Shown: positions 9,021 to 18,626 of the stretch, in pieces
How the letters are laid out: each line of letters starts with the position of its first letter
Position numbering within the stretch: position 1 is the stretch's first letter
IMG/VR virus record: IMGVR_UViG_3300022918_000180
DNA from: a virus
Reading direction: 5' to 3' (one strand)
Length of the DNA stretch: 64,000 bases
The notes under the pieces: model-generated
Seen by the model: only the letters and a program-made list of their open reading frames with translations
Told to the model about the DNA's origin: nothing
Database searches by the model: none
Program-made: the position numbers and the translations under genes

Positions 9021-9196
9021 ACTACTTTGCTATGATCCACTGGCGCGAAGGCGTCATCTCCCCTGTCGAAAAGGAAGACGATGAAAATGGCAACGCCGCA
9101 CTGTGGGATACCTACGAGGAGGCGGAAGCCGGCATCGAGAAGCTGCCCATCTACCAAGCCAAGGAGATAACAATTCACTCCACTGCCGGCGAATGA
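9017..9196 (+). CDS. small acidic hypothetical protein
   Basis: 59 aa ORF below the track cutoff (MNYFAMIHW...), ATGA-coupled at both ends. Confidence 0.5.
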   Translation: MNYFAMIHWREGVISPVEKEDDENGNAALWDTYEEAEAGIEKLPIYQAKEITIHSTAGE

Positions 9197-9450
9197 ATAT
9201 CAAACCGCTCGAATGGACGCCAACGACCCGGGGCTTCTGGATTTCCGATACTTGCCTAGGCAAGTTCGCCATACACAACACTCCACCCGGATGGTGGAAG
9301 GCCCATGACGTTACCCGTGGCGCCGGTTTCAAACACGTTCGCAGCCGTGCCGAAGCGGAAGCCCAGATAAAAAACCACATGGCGCGACAGCTCGCCGCCA
9401 TGATCGCTGAACTCACCGAGCCGGAAGAAACTCAAAACATTCTCTTGTAA
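9193..9450 (+). CDS. hypothetical protein
   Basis: 85 aa from MNIKPLEW. Confidence 0.5.
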   Translation: MNIKPLEWTPTTRGFWISDTCLGKFAIHNTPPGWWKAHDVTRGAGFKHVRSRAEAEAQIKNHMARQLAAMIAELTEPEETQNILL

Positions 9451-9482
9451 ATCATTCAATCTGTCTATAACCTGCCACAACC

Positions 9483-10070
9483 ATGACCGACCTCGAAAAC
9501 CAACTCGCCGACGCCCTTCTGAACGCCGCCATCCAAATGTGCAATGAGCCATATACCGAGATGGCTCCGAATCGGCATGTTGAAGCGTATGCTCTTCTTA
9601 TTGACGCTTCGAGCCGTCGTCAGTATCTGGAGCTTACCAAGTGCGACGGTGCAGCCGTGATTGCTGATGACAGCGGTGGAGCCACTCCGATTGCTCCCGA
9701 CGCTGCCGTCCAACCCGCTGCCACGGAGAAGGCCCCGCGCAAACCCCGCGGCAGCAGGGCCACCCCCGCCGCGCAGGAACCCGAGCCCCCGGCGCCGGCT
9801 ACCACGGAGGAGCCCGCCGCCACGCCAACCCCGGAGCCGGCCGCAGCCGAACCGGCGGTGACGGTAACCCACGAGGACTGCCGCAAGCTCTACACCGAGC
9901 GCGTGAGCGTCCTGCGCCCCAACAACGCCGTCACCCCGGAGAGCGCAGCATACACCGATCGGGTGAAGGCTTTGGTGACCGAGTTCAACGCGGCGTCGAT
10001 GGCCAAGGTCAAGGAGTCCGACCTCCCCGCCTTCCACGCTAAACTGCTGGCCCTGCCCATCGCCCCATAA
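9483..10070 (+). CDS. Pro/Ala/Glu-rich protein of the APSE-type replication module
   Basis: Low-complexity linker plus C-terminal helical domain; position upstream of the DUF2800 gene. Confidence 0.65.
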   Translation: MTDLENQLADALLNAAIQMCNEPYTEMAPNRHVEAYALLIDASSRRQYLELTKCDGAAVIADDSGGATPIAPDAAVQPAATEKAPRKPRGSRATPAAQEPEPPAPATTEEPAATPTPEPAAAEPAVTVTHEDCRKLYTERVSVLRPNNAVTPESAAYTDRVKALVTEFNAASMAKVKESDLPAFHAKLLALPIAP

Positions 10071-10080
10071 CAATTTTTAC

Positions 10081-10179
10081 GAGGCCGATTAATTGGGAAT
10101 ACTTCGGGCGCGCTTGCGGAGGGTTGATCTCCTCCACTATTAACCGAAATGGCAGGTTCAAGTCCTGCCGGCCTCGCCA
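10081..10179 (+). ncRNA. tRNA-like RNA 1 (non-canonical anticodon domain)
   Basis: GAGGCCG/CGGCCTC acceptor stem, GCAGG-TTCAAGT-CCTGC T arm, encoded CCA; anticodon region is TTCGG/CCGAA enclosing a 36-nt insert. Confidence 0.6.
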
Positions 10180-10219
10180 AACTTTCCGCCCCCGCGGATC
10201 ACCAAACCCCAGTGACCCC

Positions 10220-10252
10220 GCTGCCTGCGGGGCGATACCACCCGCAGGCAGC
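10220..10252 (+). other. 12-bp GC-rich hairpin
   Basis: GCTGCCTGCGGG-9 nt-CCCGCAGGCAGC between the tRNA-like RNA and the next gene. Confidence 0.6.
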
Positions 10253-10269
10253 ATCAAATTTCCTGACCT

Positions 10270-10620
10270 ATGAATCCTGAAATCACCAAACTCATCACCG
10301 ACCTTGCCGCCAAGCTCGGCACCACCGCCGATCATCTTTGGGGCGTGCTGGTCAAGCAGGCGCCTATTGAATCCTTCTCTTCAATCGCAGCCTATTTGTT
10401 CACTATTCTCGTGATTGCAGCGGTCATTTACTATGGTTACCGGGCAGTAAAGTGGGGCATGGAGAACGATGATGAGGTAAAGGAAGGCGGCTGGGTCCTC
10501 ATTGGGGCAGCCTGTTTGGCCCTCTTTATCTGGTCTGTGTGCCTCAGTTTGGATTTAGGCAGGATCGTGAGCGGCTTCCTGAACCCCGAGTATTGGGCGT
10601 TGAAACAAATTCTCAAATAA
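10270..10620 (+). CDS. two-TM membrane protein
   Basis: Two hydrophobic helices; C-terminal NPEYWALKQIL motif seen in phage membrane proteins. Confidence 0.65.
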   Translation: MNPEITKLITDLAAKLGTTADHLWGVLVKQAPIESFSSIAAYLFTILVIAAVIYYGYRAVKWGMENDDEVKEGGWVLIGAACLALFIWSVCLSLDLGRIVSGFLNPEYWALKQILK

Positions 10621-10624
10621 CAAA

Positions 10625-11869
10625 ATGTCCGGACATTCCCGCCTATCACCTTCGGCCGCCAAAATGTGGTCGTCCTGCACGGCATCCCTTTCTTTGATAG
10701 CCGCCAACGCCGCGCGCATCGGCCCGGACCGCAGCTCCTCCTACGCCGACGAGGGCACCGAAGCCCATAATCTGGCTGAGAAACTCCTGACCGGGCAGAT
10801 CACCGAGGACGATGTGCCGGAGCAGTTCGCTCCCGTGCTCGAATACGTCCGCGCCTGCCGGACGCTGATTCACCGTTGGGACGGCGAGGTTTTCATCGAA
10901 GCCAAAGTCCCCCTCTTCTACCTTTTATCGGAAACTGGCACGGTCGATTTCTGCATCGTCACCAACGACCGCGTCATCATCCGTGACCTCAAGTATGGTG
11001 CCGGCCAGTTCGTCGATGCCACCGACAACCAGCAGCTTGCCATCTATGCGATGTCCTTCATCCGGGACAACGACGTGACGTTTGGGTTCGCCGATGAAGA
11101 CATCGTAGACATCGGCATCATCCAACCGCGCTACGCCGGCGAGGAAACCGAGCGCAACTGGACCCTGACCGTGGGTGAGCTGCGGAAGTTCTGCGAGCCC
11201 ATCGCCGAGGCCGCCAAAGCAATTTTGCGCGGCTGGGACGACGCGGAATACGCTGCTAAATACTTAGTTTTTAGACCATCATACGATGCGTGTTTTTGGT
11301 GTAAGGCTTCGAGAGCCGGCATATGCAAGGCGAAGAACGAAAGTCTCAATGCTTTGAAACCCGGGCTCCTCGACGGCTTCGACACCGAGACGGCTAATGT
11401 CATCGAGATGGAGCTTGTCGAGCAGGTGCAAGCCATCGAGACCCGCACGGTCACTGACGCGCAGATCGTCGCCATCATCCGCCACTCGAAGCTGATGGAG
11501 TCGATCATCGAATCCGCCAAAGCGTATGCCAACGACCGCGCGAACGCCGGCAATCCTCTACCCGGCATGAAGAGGGTCGAAGGAAAGCAAGGCAACCGCG
11601 CCTGGTCCGACGAGGTGCTTGCCGCTCAGATGGTCCGCGAGAGCGCCATTAAGGACGCCGCTTTCGAGACCAAACTGAAATCACCTACCCAAGTTTTGAA
11701 GCTGCTGAAAGATGGCGGCTTCAAGGCCGCGATCCCTTCCTTCGAGACCATCGTCCAACGCGCGCCCGGCAAGCCGGTAGCGGTTATGCTGGAAGACCCG
11801 AGGCCCGAACTAACCAGCCCCCTCGAAGGCTTCGACGATTCAAAACCCACCGAACAAGATGGCAGCTAA
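10625..11869 (+). CDS. DUF2800-family Cas4-like PD-(D/E)XK exonuclease
   Basis: HSRLSPSAA..W..C, EGTEAH, GTVD, DLKYG, QLAIYA, CFWC motifs. Confidence 0.85.
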   Translation: MSGHSRLSPSAAKMWSSCTASLSLIAANAARIGPDRSSSYADEGTEAHNLAEKLLTGQITEDDVPEQFAPVLEYVRACRTLIHRWDGEVFIEAKVPLFYLLSETGTVDFCIVTNDRVIIRDLKYGAGQFVDATDNQQLAIYAMSFIRDNDVTFGFADEDIVDIGIIQPRYAGEETERNWTLTVGELRKFCEPIAEAAKAILRGWDDAEYAAKYLVFRPSYDACFWCKASRAGICKAKNESLNALKPGLLDGFDTETANVIEMELVEQVQAIETRTVTDAQIVAIIRHSKLMESIIESAKAYANDRANAGNPLPGMKRVEGKQGNRAWSDEVLAAQMVRESAIKDAAFETKLKSPTQVLKLLKDGGFKAAIPSFETIVQRAPGKPVAVMLEDPRPELTSPLEGFDDSKPTEQDGS

Positions 11870-12110
11870 ACAACTCCCAAAAAGACGCTGGACCCGCCGC
11901 GCTTACGACTTTGAGTCTCTCAAAGTTGGAGACACCCTCGACTGCAAACAGAGCGTCGCGTCCTTCCGCTCCCTCGCCAGCAAGTGGTTCCGCGGCCGGC
12001 TGATCGACGGCAAGCGCGTGCTCCCCTACAAGGGCCCGCCCCGCGACTACATGGTCGTGAAGAGCATGGTCAAAGGCAAGGAGACCGCGGTGCTGACGAG
12101 GATGGTCTGA
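11859..12110 (+). CDS. hypothetical basic protein
   Basis: 83 aa; YDFESLKVGD pattern of small phage DNA-binding proteins. Confidence 0.55.
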   Translation: MAAKQLPKRRWTRRAYDFESLKVGDTLDCKQSVASFRSLASKWFRGRLIDGKRVLPYKGPPRDYMVVKSMVKGKETAVLTRMV

Positions 12111-12125
12111 AACACTTTTACCTTT

Positions 12126-12305
12126 ATGACAAACACATCCGCCAACCAGGACGCCGTCCTCCGCAGCTTTGAAAACATGCACTCCGCCGTGGAGGACGTT
12201 ATCATTGACCCCGACGACCGGCTTACCGAAGCTCTCGCGGCACTTGATCAGCAGGAGGAAATAATCAAGGAGCTGCGGGCCGAGATCGAGACGCTTTCAG
12301 AGTAA
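12126..12305 (+). CDS. small acidic coiled-coil protein
   Basis: 59 aa ORF below the track cutoff (MTNTSANQD...). Confidence 0.45.
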   Translation: MTNTSANQDAVLRSFENMHSAVEDVIIDPDDRLTEALAALDQQEEIIKELRAEIETLSE

Positions 12306-12391
12306 AACACTTTCGCGGCATCCGCCGCAAAACCGCCGCGCCCGGCGGAACCAAGGGCAAAGAATACGTAACTAATAAAATACCGACTAAC

Positions 12392-12973
12392 ATGAATTCC
12401 GAATTGATGCTCCGTAATGTCCGCCTCGCTTTCAGCGACGGACTCGTTTCCCCCAAAGCCATTGCCGGCGGCAAACCCCGCTACAGTTGCAACCTCATCA
12501 TCGAAGACCCTGTCACGCTTGCTTCCGTGCAGAAGGCCATCGACGAGATTGCAAAATCCGAGTTTCAAGGCAAAGCGCCCAAGGACAAGGACTGTGCCCT
12601 GCGCGATGGTGACGACAACATCTCCAAGGACGGGGAGCCCTACAAAGGTTTCGCCGGTAACCACTACCTCAGCGCCAACCGCGCCGAGTCCCAGGGGCCA
12701 CCGCTGGTGATCGACAAACGCCGCGGCGAGATCACGACCGACCGCCGCCACGCGGAGTTCCCGGAAGCGGGTGACTACGTGAACGCCAAAGTTCAACTGT
12801 TCAGTTTGAACGGGAAAAATGATAAGAAAAATGCAGCAAGTGCCGCCTACGGCAAGAAGATTTGCTGTTCAATCGAAGTCGTTCAGCTCCTGAAGAAGGG
12901 CGAACCCTTCGGCGGAGGCGGCAAGCCAAGTGCCGCCGGGTTCGAAGACCTGCCGGAAGAAGAGGAAGTTTAG
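12392..12973 (+). CDS. DUF2815-family ssDNA-binding protein (gp2.5-like)
   Basis: NVRLAF, KPRYS, LRDGD, VQLLKKGEPFGGG motifs and acidic C-terminal tail. Confidence 0.85.
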   Translation: MNSELMLRNVRLAFSDGLVSPKAIAGGKPRYSCNLIIEDPVTLASVQKAIDEIAKSEFQGKAPKDKDCALRDGDDNISKDGEPYKGFAGNHYLSANRAESQGPPLVIDKRRGEITTDRRHAEFPEAGDYVNAKVQLFSLNGKNDKKNAASAAYGKKICCSIEVVQLLKKGEPFGGGGKPSAAGFEDLPEEEEV

Positions 12974-12981
12974 CCTCACCC

Positions 12982-13009
12982 GCGGCGGCACTGTGACCGG
13001 TGCCGCCGC
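12982..13009 (+). terminator. hairpin after the SSB gene (terminator or processing site)
   Basis: GCGGCGGCAC-8 nt-GTGCCGCCGC; U-tract weak and offset. Confidence 0.4.
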
Positions 13010-13065
13010 ACCACCTATTTTCGTTGAAACCCGCCGCCGGTCGGAGGCTTCCGGCATACACCACC

Positions 13066-13428
13066 ATGGCCAACATTCATTTTAAAGCAGCGTCAGCATG
13101 GAACCAGAACGGAGATCACCCCGACGACTATGCAAAGGATAAACTGGGGTTTGAAAACGGAGAGTTGCGGACTTGGTCCGGCCAGGAGTGCCGCGAGATG
13201 GATTGGGAGGGGCAGGTCGTTCGTTACTACCGCCACCCGGCCATCGGCGGGGGTCAGCAGTGCGCGCACTGCGGGCGCAACCTGCATGATCACGGGTGGA
13301 TCGACGAATCAGAAGGAGGTCTGACGGTGTGCCCCGGCGACTGGATCCTCACAACTGTGACAGGCCACCACATTCCGTGCAAACCGGAGGTTTTTCACCT
13401 CATCACAGGCCTTACCGGGGGAGGCTAG
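13066..13428 (+). CDS. conserved phage protein (CPGDW/PCKP motif family)
   Basis: VVRYYRHP..CAHC..HDHGWID..VCPGDWI..PCKPEVF. Confidence 0.7.
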   Translation: MANIHFKAASAWNQNGDHPDDYAKDKLGFENGELRTWSGQECREMDWEGQVVRYYRHPAIGGGQQCAHCGRNLHDHGWIDESEGGLTVCPGDWILTTVTGHHIPCKPEVFHLITGLTGGG

Positions 13429-13542
13429 TCAACCTGACCATGGGACACACCGAGACCGGGCCCATTCAGATCCTCAGCGTCCGAGACCGCTTTACTTTAA
13501 TGGGTCTCGACTATGACAAGGTGCTGCTTCTTTCAGGAACCG

Positions 13543-13959
13543 ATGAAATTCATCCTCAAGACCAACCCCAAGCCGGGGGCCTGTCCGGTGAAATTCTGCA
13601 GGCGGAAGTCGGGTTGCAAGAAGCGCTTGTGCGACCGCCATCACCACCAGCAGTGGCGGATGAAGAACCCGGTGCGGGCCGCCTGGATCAACCTGCGCCA
13701 TCACGCGGCCCAGCGCCGCAAAGAATTCACCCTGTCATACGACGAGTTCGTGACCTTCACGTCCAAGAACTCCTACCTCGATGACAAGGGGAACACCCGG
13801 CTTGCCTTACACTTGGACCGGATCGACGACACGCTCGGATACACCGCCTCCAACATTCAGGTCCTGACCTGCTCGGAGAATGTCATCAAGGAGAACGACC
13901 GGAAGAAATACGTGAAATATTTTCAGGAGCTTGAAGCTGCCTCCAACTGCCCTTTTTAG
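13543..13959 (+). CDS. HNH/His-Me-finger endonuclease-like protein
   Basis: LDRIDDTLGYTASNIQVLTCSEN resembles the DRIDNxxGYxxxN motif; N-terminal Cys/His cluster. Confidence 0.6.
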   Translation: MKFILKTNPKPGACPVKFCRRKSGCKKRLCDRHHHQQWRMKNPVRAAWINLRHHAAQRRKEFTLSYDEFVTFTSKNSYLDDKGNTRLALHLDRIDDTLGYTASNIQVLTCSENVIKENDRKKYVKYFQELEAASNCPF

Positions 13960-13969
13960 AATCCTAACC

Positions 13970-16111
13970 ATGTTCCATGCTGACTTCGAGTCCTACTCAG
14001 AAACTGACATTCGTGCCTGCGGGGCCTTTCGATACGCGGCCTGCTCTTCCACGGAGATCACGCTCATGGCTATTGCCGAGGACGATGCCCCGCCGCTGCT
14101 TTGGGACGCGTTCGCGTCGGCCGCGGACAATGCGCCGGCGCTTGCCCTCATCCGCAAAATGGTCAGCAGTGACGGGCTGATCTATGCCCAAAATGTTAAG
14201 TTTGAAATGGCGATCATGCACTACATTTGGGAGCGGACCTTCAATCTCCCAGTGCCCGAACGCAGCCGTTTCCGCTGCACTCAGGTGATGGCCAACATGG
14301 CAGGCATTCCATCTTCGCTCGATGGGGCCTCCACCTTTCTCAAGCTGCAGGATGGCAAGGATCCGCGGGGCAAGAAGCTGATCCAGGTCTTTGCAATCCC
14401 TGACAAGAAAAAAGGTCGCAACCTTCCAACGGATGAAGGTTTCATCACCGTCGCCGGCGAGAAGATGACCTACCCTCAAGCATGGGCGCTCTTCCGCAAC
14501 TACTGTCTCCAGGACGTGGTTGTCGAACGCGGTATTCACAAGGCGCTTGCGGTCATGGAGTTGAAAGGGGCGACGCTGGACGCTTTCCTTTTCGACCTCG
14601 ACATTTGCTTCCGGGGCGTGCCGGTGAACCTCAAAGCGGTGGACGCCGCGCTGAAAATCGAAGCGGAATGCACGGAGAAAGCCGGCCGGGAATTTGAAAA
14701 CCTAACAGGCGTGAAGTTTACCCAACGCGGCAAAGTGCTGGAGTGGCTGAAGGCCCGCGGGTATCCCGAAGACGATATGAAAGCCACCACAGTGGCCAAG
14801 GTCCTGACGGGGGTCGTCCTCAATGACGACGGCGAGGAGACGGGCGAAGTGGACAAGCCCAAGATCGACCAGATGGCGCCCGAAGCCGTGGACGCCCTGC
14901 GCCTGCGCGGCGGCCTGACCTTCGCCGCCGTTAAAAAAATCCAAAAGATGAAAACCGTGGCCTGCCCCGATGGGCGCATCCGCGGCATGATCAACTTCTA
15001 CGGCGCCGCCCGCACCGGCCGGTCATCCTCACAACTGGTCCAGATCCAGAACCTCCGGAAAAGCTCCTTCTCCGACAGCGGCATGATGTATCGCATGATC
15101 GAGGCGGGCACGGTGGACGCCGATGACCTCGACCTGATGTGGGGTCCGCCGGTCGAGTGCCTCGCCTCCTGCATCCGCCACTTCATTGACCTTGGCCCTG
15201 AGCGCCAGCTCAACAGCAGCGATCTGAGCCAGGTGGAGAGTCGTATGTTAGCGTGGTTGTGCGATGACAAGCTCAAACTCCGGGCTTTCAAGGATGGACT
15301 CGATATTTACAACGTTGTTGCAACGCAGATGTTCAATGTCGAATATTCCGAAGTCTCGAAAGAGCAGCGGACAAGGTCCAAAGTGGCCGAACTCAGCCTT
15401 GGCTTTCAGGGTGGGCACAACGCGCTGCTCCGGATGGCCGAAATGTATAAGATGGAACTGAGCGAGGAGAAGGCCCGGGAACTGGTGAAAGCCTGGCGAG
15501 CGGGGAACCAAGCCATTGTGAAAATGTGGAAGACCACTCAGGAGGCTGCGCTTGAGGCCATCAACCGCCCGGGCAACTGGGTGCGGGTGAACGACAAACT
15601 GCGGCTCGCGGTGACGCGGAAGATGGGCTTCCCCTCCCTCATCATGGAGCTTCCGTCCGGGCGCTGGCTCAGTCACCCCCTGCCGCAGGTTCACTGGACC
15701 TACAAAATCAAGGACCACCAGAAAGACAAATGGGTGGACATCTCCGAGGCCCGGGCGCTCGGCGGCGATGGTGAACCGCGCGAAGGCGTATGGGCCACCC
15801 AGCAGATCACCTTTTACGGAAAGCTCGAAGGCAAGTCCGTGTGGGGACGAGTCAATACCCATGGCGGCTCGCTGCTCCAATCGGCCACGCAGGCCGCCAG
15901 CGGCGACCTGATGTGGCATGGTTCGGTCACCGCGCAGAAAGCCGGGCTGAAGTGCCTGTTCCCCTGCCACGATGAACTGGTGACGGAGTATTGGCCTGAG
16001 CATGGCGACACCGTTGAGAAACTGGAGAAGTGCATGGAGAGCCTCCCGGACTGGGCTTCCACATTCCCTACAAAAGCCGTTGGGGGTCTGAGCCCCTTCT
16101 ACACAAAATAG
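13970..16111 (+). CDS. polA: DNA polymerase, family A (APSE-like) with 3'-5' exonuclease
   Basis: ExoI ADFESYS; motif A SDLSQVESRMLAW; motif B RTRSKVAELSLGFQGG; motif C CHDELV. Confidence 0.93.
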   Translation: MFHADFESYSETDIRACGAFRYAACSSTEITLMAIAEDDAPPLLWDAFASAADNAPALALIRKMVSSDGLIYAQNVKFEMAIMHYIWERTFNLPVPERSRFRCTQVMANMAGIPSSLDGASTFLKLQDGKDPRGKKLIQVFAIPDKKKGRNLPTDEGFITVAGEKMTYPQAWALFRNYCLQDVVVERGIHKALAVMELKGATLDAFLFDLDICFRGVPVNLKAVDAALKIEAECTEKAGREFENLTGVKFTQRGKVLEWLKARGYPEDDMKATTVAKVLTGVVLNDDGEETGEVDKPKIDQMAPEAVDALRLRGGLTFAAVKKIQKMKTVACPDGRIRGMINFYGAARTGRSSSQLVQIQNLRKSSFSDSGMMYRMIEAGTVDADDLDLMWGPPVECLASCIRHFIDLGPERQLNSSDLSQVESRMLAWLCDDKLKLRAFKDGLDIYNVVATQMFNVEYSEVSKEQRTRSKVAELSLGFQGGHNALLRMAEMYKMELSEEKARELVKAWRAGNQAIVKMWKTTQEAALEAINRPGNWVRVNDKLRLAVTRKMGFPSLIMELPSGRWLSHPLPQVHWTYKIKDHQKDKWVDISEARALGGDGEPREGVWATQQITFYGKLEGKSVWGRVNTHGGSLLQSATQAASGDLMWHGSVTAQKAGLKCLFPCHDELVTEYWPEHGDTVEKLEKCMESLPDWASTFPTKAVGGLSPFYTK

Positions 16112-16116
16112 CTGTT

Positions 16117-16398
16117 ATGGCCCTCGAATCCACCCTTGAACGCCGCCTGCGTGATTACTGTAACCGGCTGGGCATTTACACCCGGAAATTTGTTTCCCCC
16201 GGCAACCGCGGCGTGCCCGACCGGGTGATGCACTACCAGAAGAAAACCCTCTACATTGAACTCAAGGCCCCGGGAAAGAAGCCAACACCATTGCAGCTCC
16301 GCGAGATCAGCCTTCTCAACGCCCAAGGCATCCCGGCTTTTTGGACCGACGATCTCGACGCCTGCAAGGCGCTGATTCAAATCCACCTCCTGACATGA
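16117..16398 (+). CDS. VRR-NUC domain nuclease
   Basis: ESTLE..GVPDR..IELKAPGKKPTPLQ. Confidence 0.88.
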   Translation: MALESTLERRLRDYCNRLGIYTRKFVSPGNRGVPDRVMHYQKKTLYIELKAPGKKPTPLQLREISLLNAQGIPAFWTDDLDACKALIQIHLLT

Positions 16399-17750
16399 TC
16401 CAGCCACCTCTTCCTCAGCAAGAGGTGATGACCAATTACACCTTGGAGCACGAGGAGTGCGGCATCTTCGCGCATCCCGGGACCGGGAAAACGAAAGCGA
16501 TTTTGGACGCCATCACTTTCCTTCTGAGCGATCTCGCCATCAAGGGCGTGCTCATCGTTGCCCCTTTGCGCGTGGCCACCCTAACATGGCCTAACGAAAT
16601 CGAGCTTTGGGCACCGCACCTTTCGGTGGCCAACCTCCGCACTCCGGAGGGGTTGAAAGCCTGGGACGAAGGCGCCGCGGAGGTATTCACCATCAACTAT
16701 GACATGCTGGATAAGTTCGTCGATCGCTGCCTGAAAAAGCGCAAGCGCATCCCGGTGGACATGGTGGTTTGGGACGAAATCTCCAAAGCCAAAAGTCACA
16801 CTTCCAAGCGCATCAAAGCCTTTTTACCCTACCGCAAAATGTTCAGCCGGCACGTCGGCCTCACCGGCACGCCGCAGCCGAACTCCGCGCTCGATCTGTT
16901 CGCGCAGATCCGGCTCCTCGACGGTGGTGTGCGCCTCGGCACCTCCTACACCAACTTCCGCGACCGCTACGCGACTGGGGATTTCATGGGGTGGAGTTAC
17001 GAACTGAACGAAGGATCGGAGGAGGCTATCCGCGACAAGATCAAGGACATGTGCCTGGTGATCCGCCGCGAGGACTGGGCCGGTGCCGTGGACATCACTT
17101 ACGAGGACATTGACATCGCGCTCCCGCCGGCGGTGATGAAGGACTACAAGAAGATGGAGAAGGACTTCCTCGTGGAGATCGCCAGGAAAGAAGTGGTGGC
17201 CCTCACCGCGGCCACGCTGGTCCAGAAGCTCCTGCAGTTCACCAGCGGGGCGTCCTATTTCATCGACGACACCGGCAACCGTGATGTCGTCAAAATCCAC
17301 GACGCCAAGACCTCCGCGCTCCTCAAGCTCCATGAAAGCCTCGGCCGCAAGCCGCTCCTCGTCTTCACCCAGTTCAAGCACGAGGTCCCGCGCATCATGG
17401 AGGCCATGCCGTGGGCACAGGAGTTCGACGAAAACCGCATGCAGGAGTGGAACGACGGCAAGATCCCGCTGTGGATCTGCCACCCGAAGTCCATGGCCCA
17501 CGGCCTCTCGCTGCAGGGCACCTGTCATCACGTCTGCTGGTTTTCTTTGACCTACTCGAATGAGGACTTCATTCAGGGCAACGCGCGCATCGCCCGCACC
17601 GGACAGAAAAACCCAGTCACGGTCTATCGCCTGCTGGCGAACAAGACCGTGGACTGGGCTGTTTCGGAAACGCTGCGCCGGAAGGAAACCTCGCAGTCGG
17701 CACTGATGGAGACGTTGCGGTTTGTCAGGAAAGTGGCCGAAGCCTCCTAA
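16395..17750 (+). CDS. SNF2-family helicase
   Basis: PGTGKT, VWDEIS, LTGTP, HGLSLQ, QGNARIARTGQ motifs. Confidence 0.9.
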   Translation: MIQPPLPQQEVMTNYTLEHEECGIFAHPGTGKTKAILDAITFLLSDLAIKGVLIVAPLRVATLTWPNEIELWAPHLSVANLRTPEGLKAWDEGAAEVFTINYDMLDKFVDRCLKKRKRIPVDMVVWDEISKAKSHTSKRIKAFLPYRKMFSRHVGLTGTPQPNSALDLFAQIRLLDGGVRLGTSYTNFRDRYATGDFMGWSYELNEGSEEAIRDKIKDMCLVIRREDWAGAVDITYEDIDIALPPAVMKDYKKMEKDFLVEIARKEVVALTAATLVQKLLQFTSGASYFIDDTGNRDVVKIHDAKTSALLKLHESLGRKPLLVFTQFKHEVPRIMEAMPWAQEFDENRMQEWNDGKIPLWICHPKSMAHGLSLQGTCHHVCWFSLTYSNEDFIQGNARIARTGQKNPVTVYRLLANKTVDWAVSETLRRKETSQSALMETLRFVRKVAEAS

Positions 17751-17950
17751 CGTCCAAACGGACGACAGCCATCAATATTCAAATGCGGCTCGCGCAGGCT
17801 GATGCGGTGGTGCAGCTCCAACCGGTTCTCCTGGGCCGCGCGGAACGAGACCAGCTTTTTCTTGTGCTTGTGTTTGCCGAGGAGCCACAGCGCGGCGCAG
17901 GCGATGAGCATGATGGTGAGTCCGAGGACGATGGCGACGGGCGGATACAT
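17747..17950 (-). CDS. small membrane-anchored protein
   Basis: N-terminal TM followed by a basic stretch. Confidence 0.45.
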   Translation of the reverse strand: MYPPVAIVLGLTIMLIACAALWLLGKHKHKKKLVSFRAAQENRLELHHRISLREPHLNIDGCRPFGR

Positions 17951-17955
17951 GGCAG

Positions 17956-18228
17956 TTATTTTCGGAGAGGGTTTTGAGGATTTTCGTCCCACGCTTTTCT
18001 GATCTTGGCGTAGAAGGATATTTCGCATTCCTTTGAGCAAAACGGAGGCTCGACCGGCAGGCCCATGCATCCGCAGTGAGCCCCGGAGCAGCAATACTCA
18101 GCCACGTATCCGGGGATGATCGTGCCGCAATGGTCGCAGGGAGTGTCACATGGGGGCGCCTTTTCACTGTCATCCGGGGGCCGCTCCCTGTCTTCCTGCA
18201 TGGCGATGAACTCTTCGACAGTTGTCAT
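17956..18228 (-). CDS. Cys-rich small protein
   Basis: 9 Cys in 90 aa, including CDHC and YCCSGAHCGCMG. Confidence 0.6.
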   Translation of the reverse strand: MTTVEEFIAMQEDRERPPDDSEKAPPCDTPCDHCGTIIPGYVAEYCCSGAHCGCMGLPVEPPFCSKECEISFYAKIRKAWDENPQNPLRK

Positions 18229-18233
18229 AAGTG

Positions 18234-18626
18234 TTAGTGGGTGAGATCGCAGCAGGTGTCGCACGGGCATTTGCCGTTGTGCGGAAAAGTAGTGGCGCGG
18301 ATCACCGCGTCCTTCGGATCGGCCCCTTCCATGAGCATGCCCGCCATGACGCGGCAGATGTGCCCGGAGAAGGTTGGCGAGTGCGACTCCACGAGGATCC
18401 GCTCGGCTTCCAAGTAGGCGAGCTTCAACTCCGCCGCGCTCATGCCGTTCACCGGCGGCTCGATGTCGTGCTCGCTGACGGTGATGCACGACGGCGTGGT
18501 GTCGGCGTAGTCGTCGAGCAGCGGGGCGCGTTCGCACCAGTAGAGCAGGACCAGCAGCCCGGTGATGCCAACGCCCGCGCAGACGAGCATGATCTGCCAT
18601 TGGTGGGGAGTGATGCCGGCGATCAT
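18234..18626 (-). CDS. membrane-anchored hypothetical protein
   Basis: AGGAGG SD, N-terminal TM. Confidence 0.55.
   Translation of the reverse strand: MIAGITPHQWQIMLVCAGVGITGLLVLLYWCERAPLLDDYADTTPSCITVSEHDIEPPVNGMSAAELKLAYLEAERILVESHSPTFSGHICRVMAGMLMEGADPKDAVIRATTFPHNGKCPCDTCCDLTH

Noticed and set aside
13296-13784. 162-aa ORF spanning the gap before the HNH-like gene
   Set aside because: Overlaps two better-supported genes; a short gene from 13440 is possible but cannot be supported
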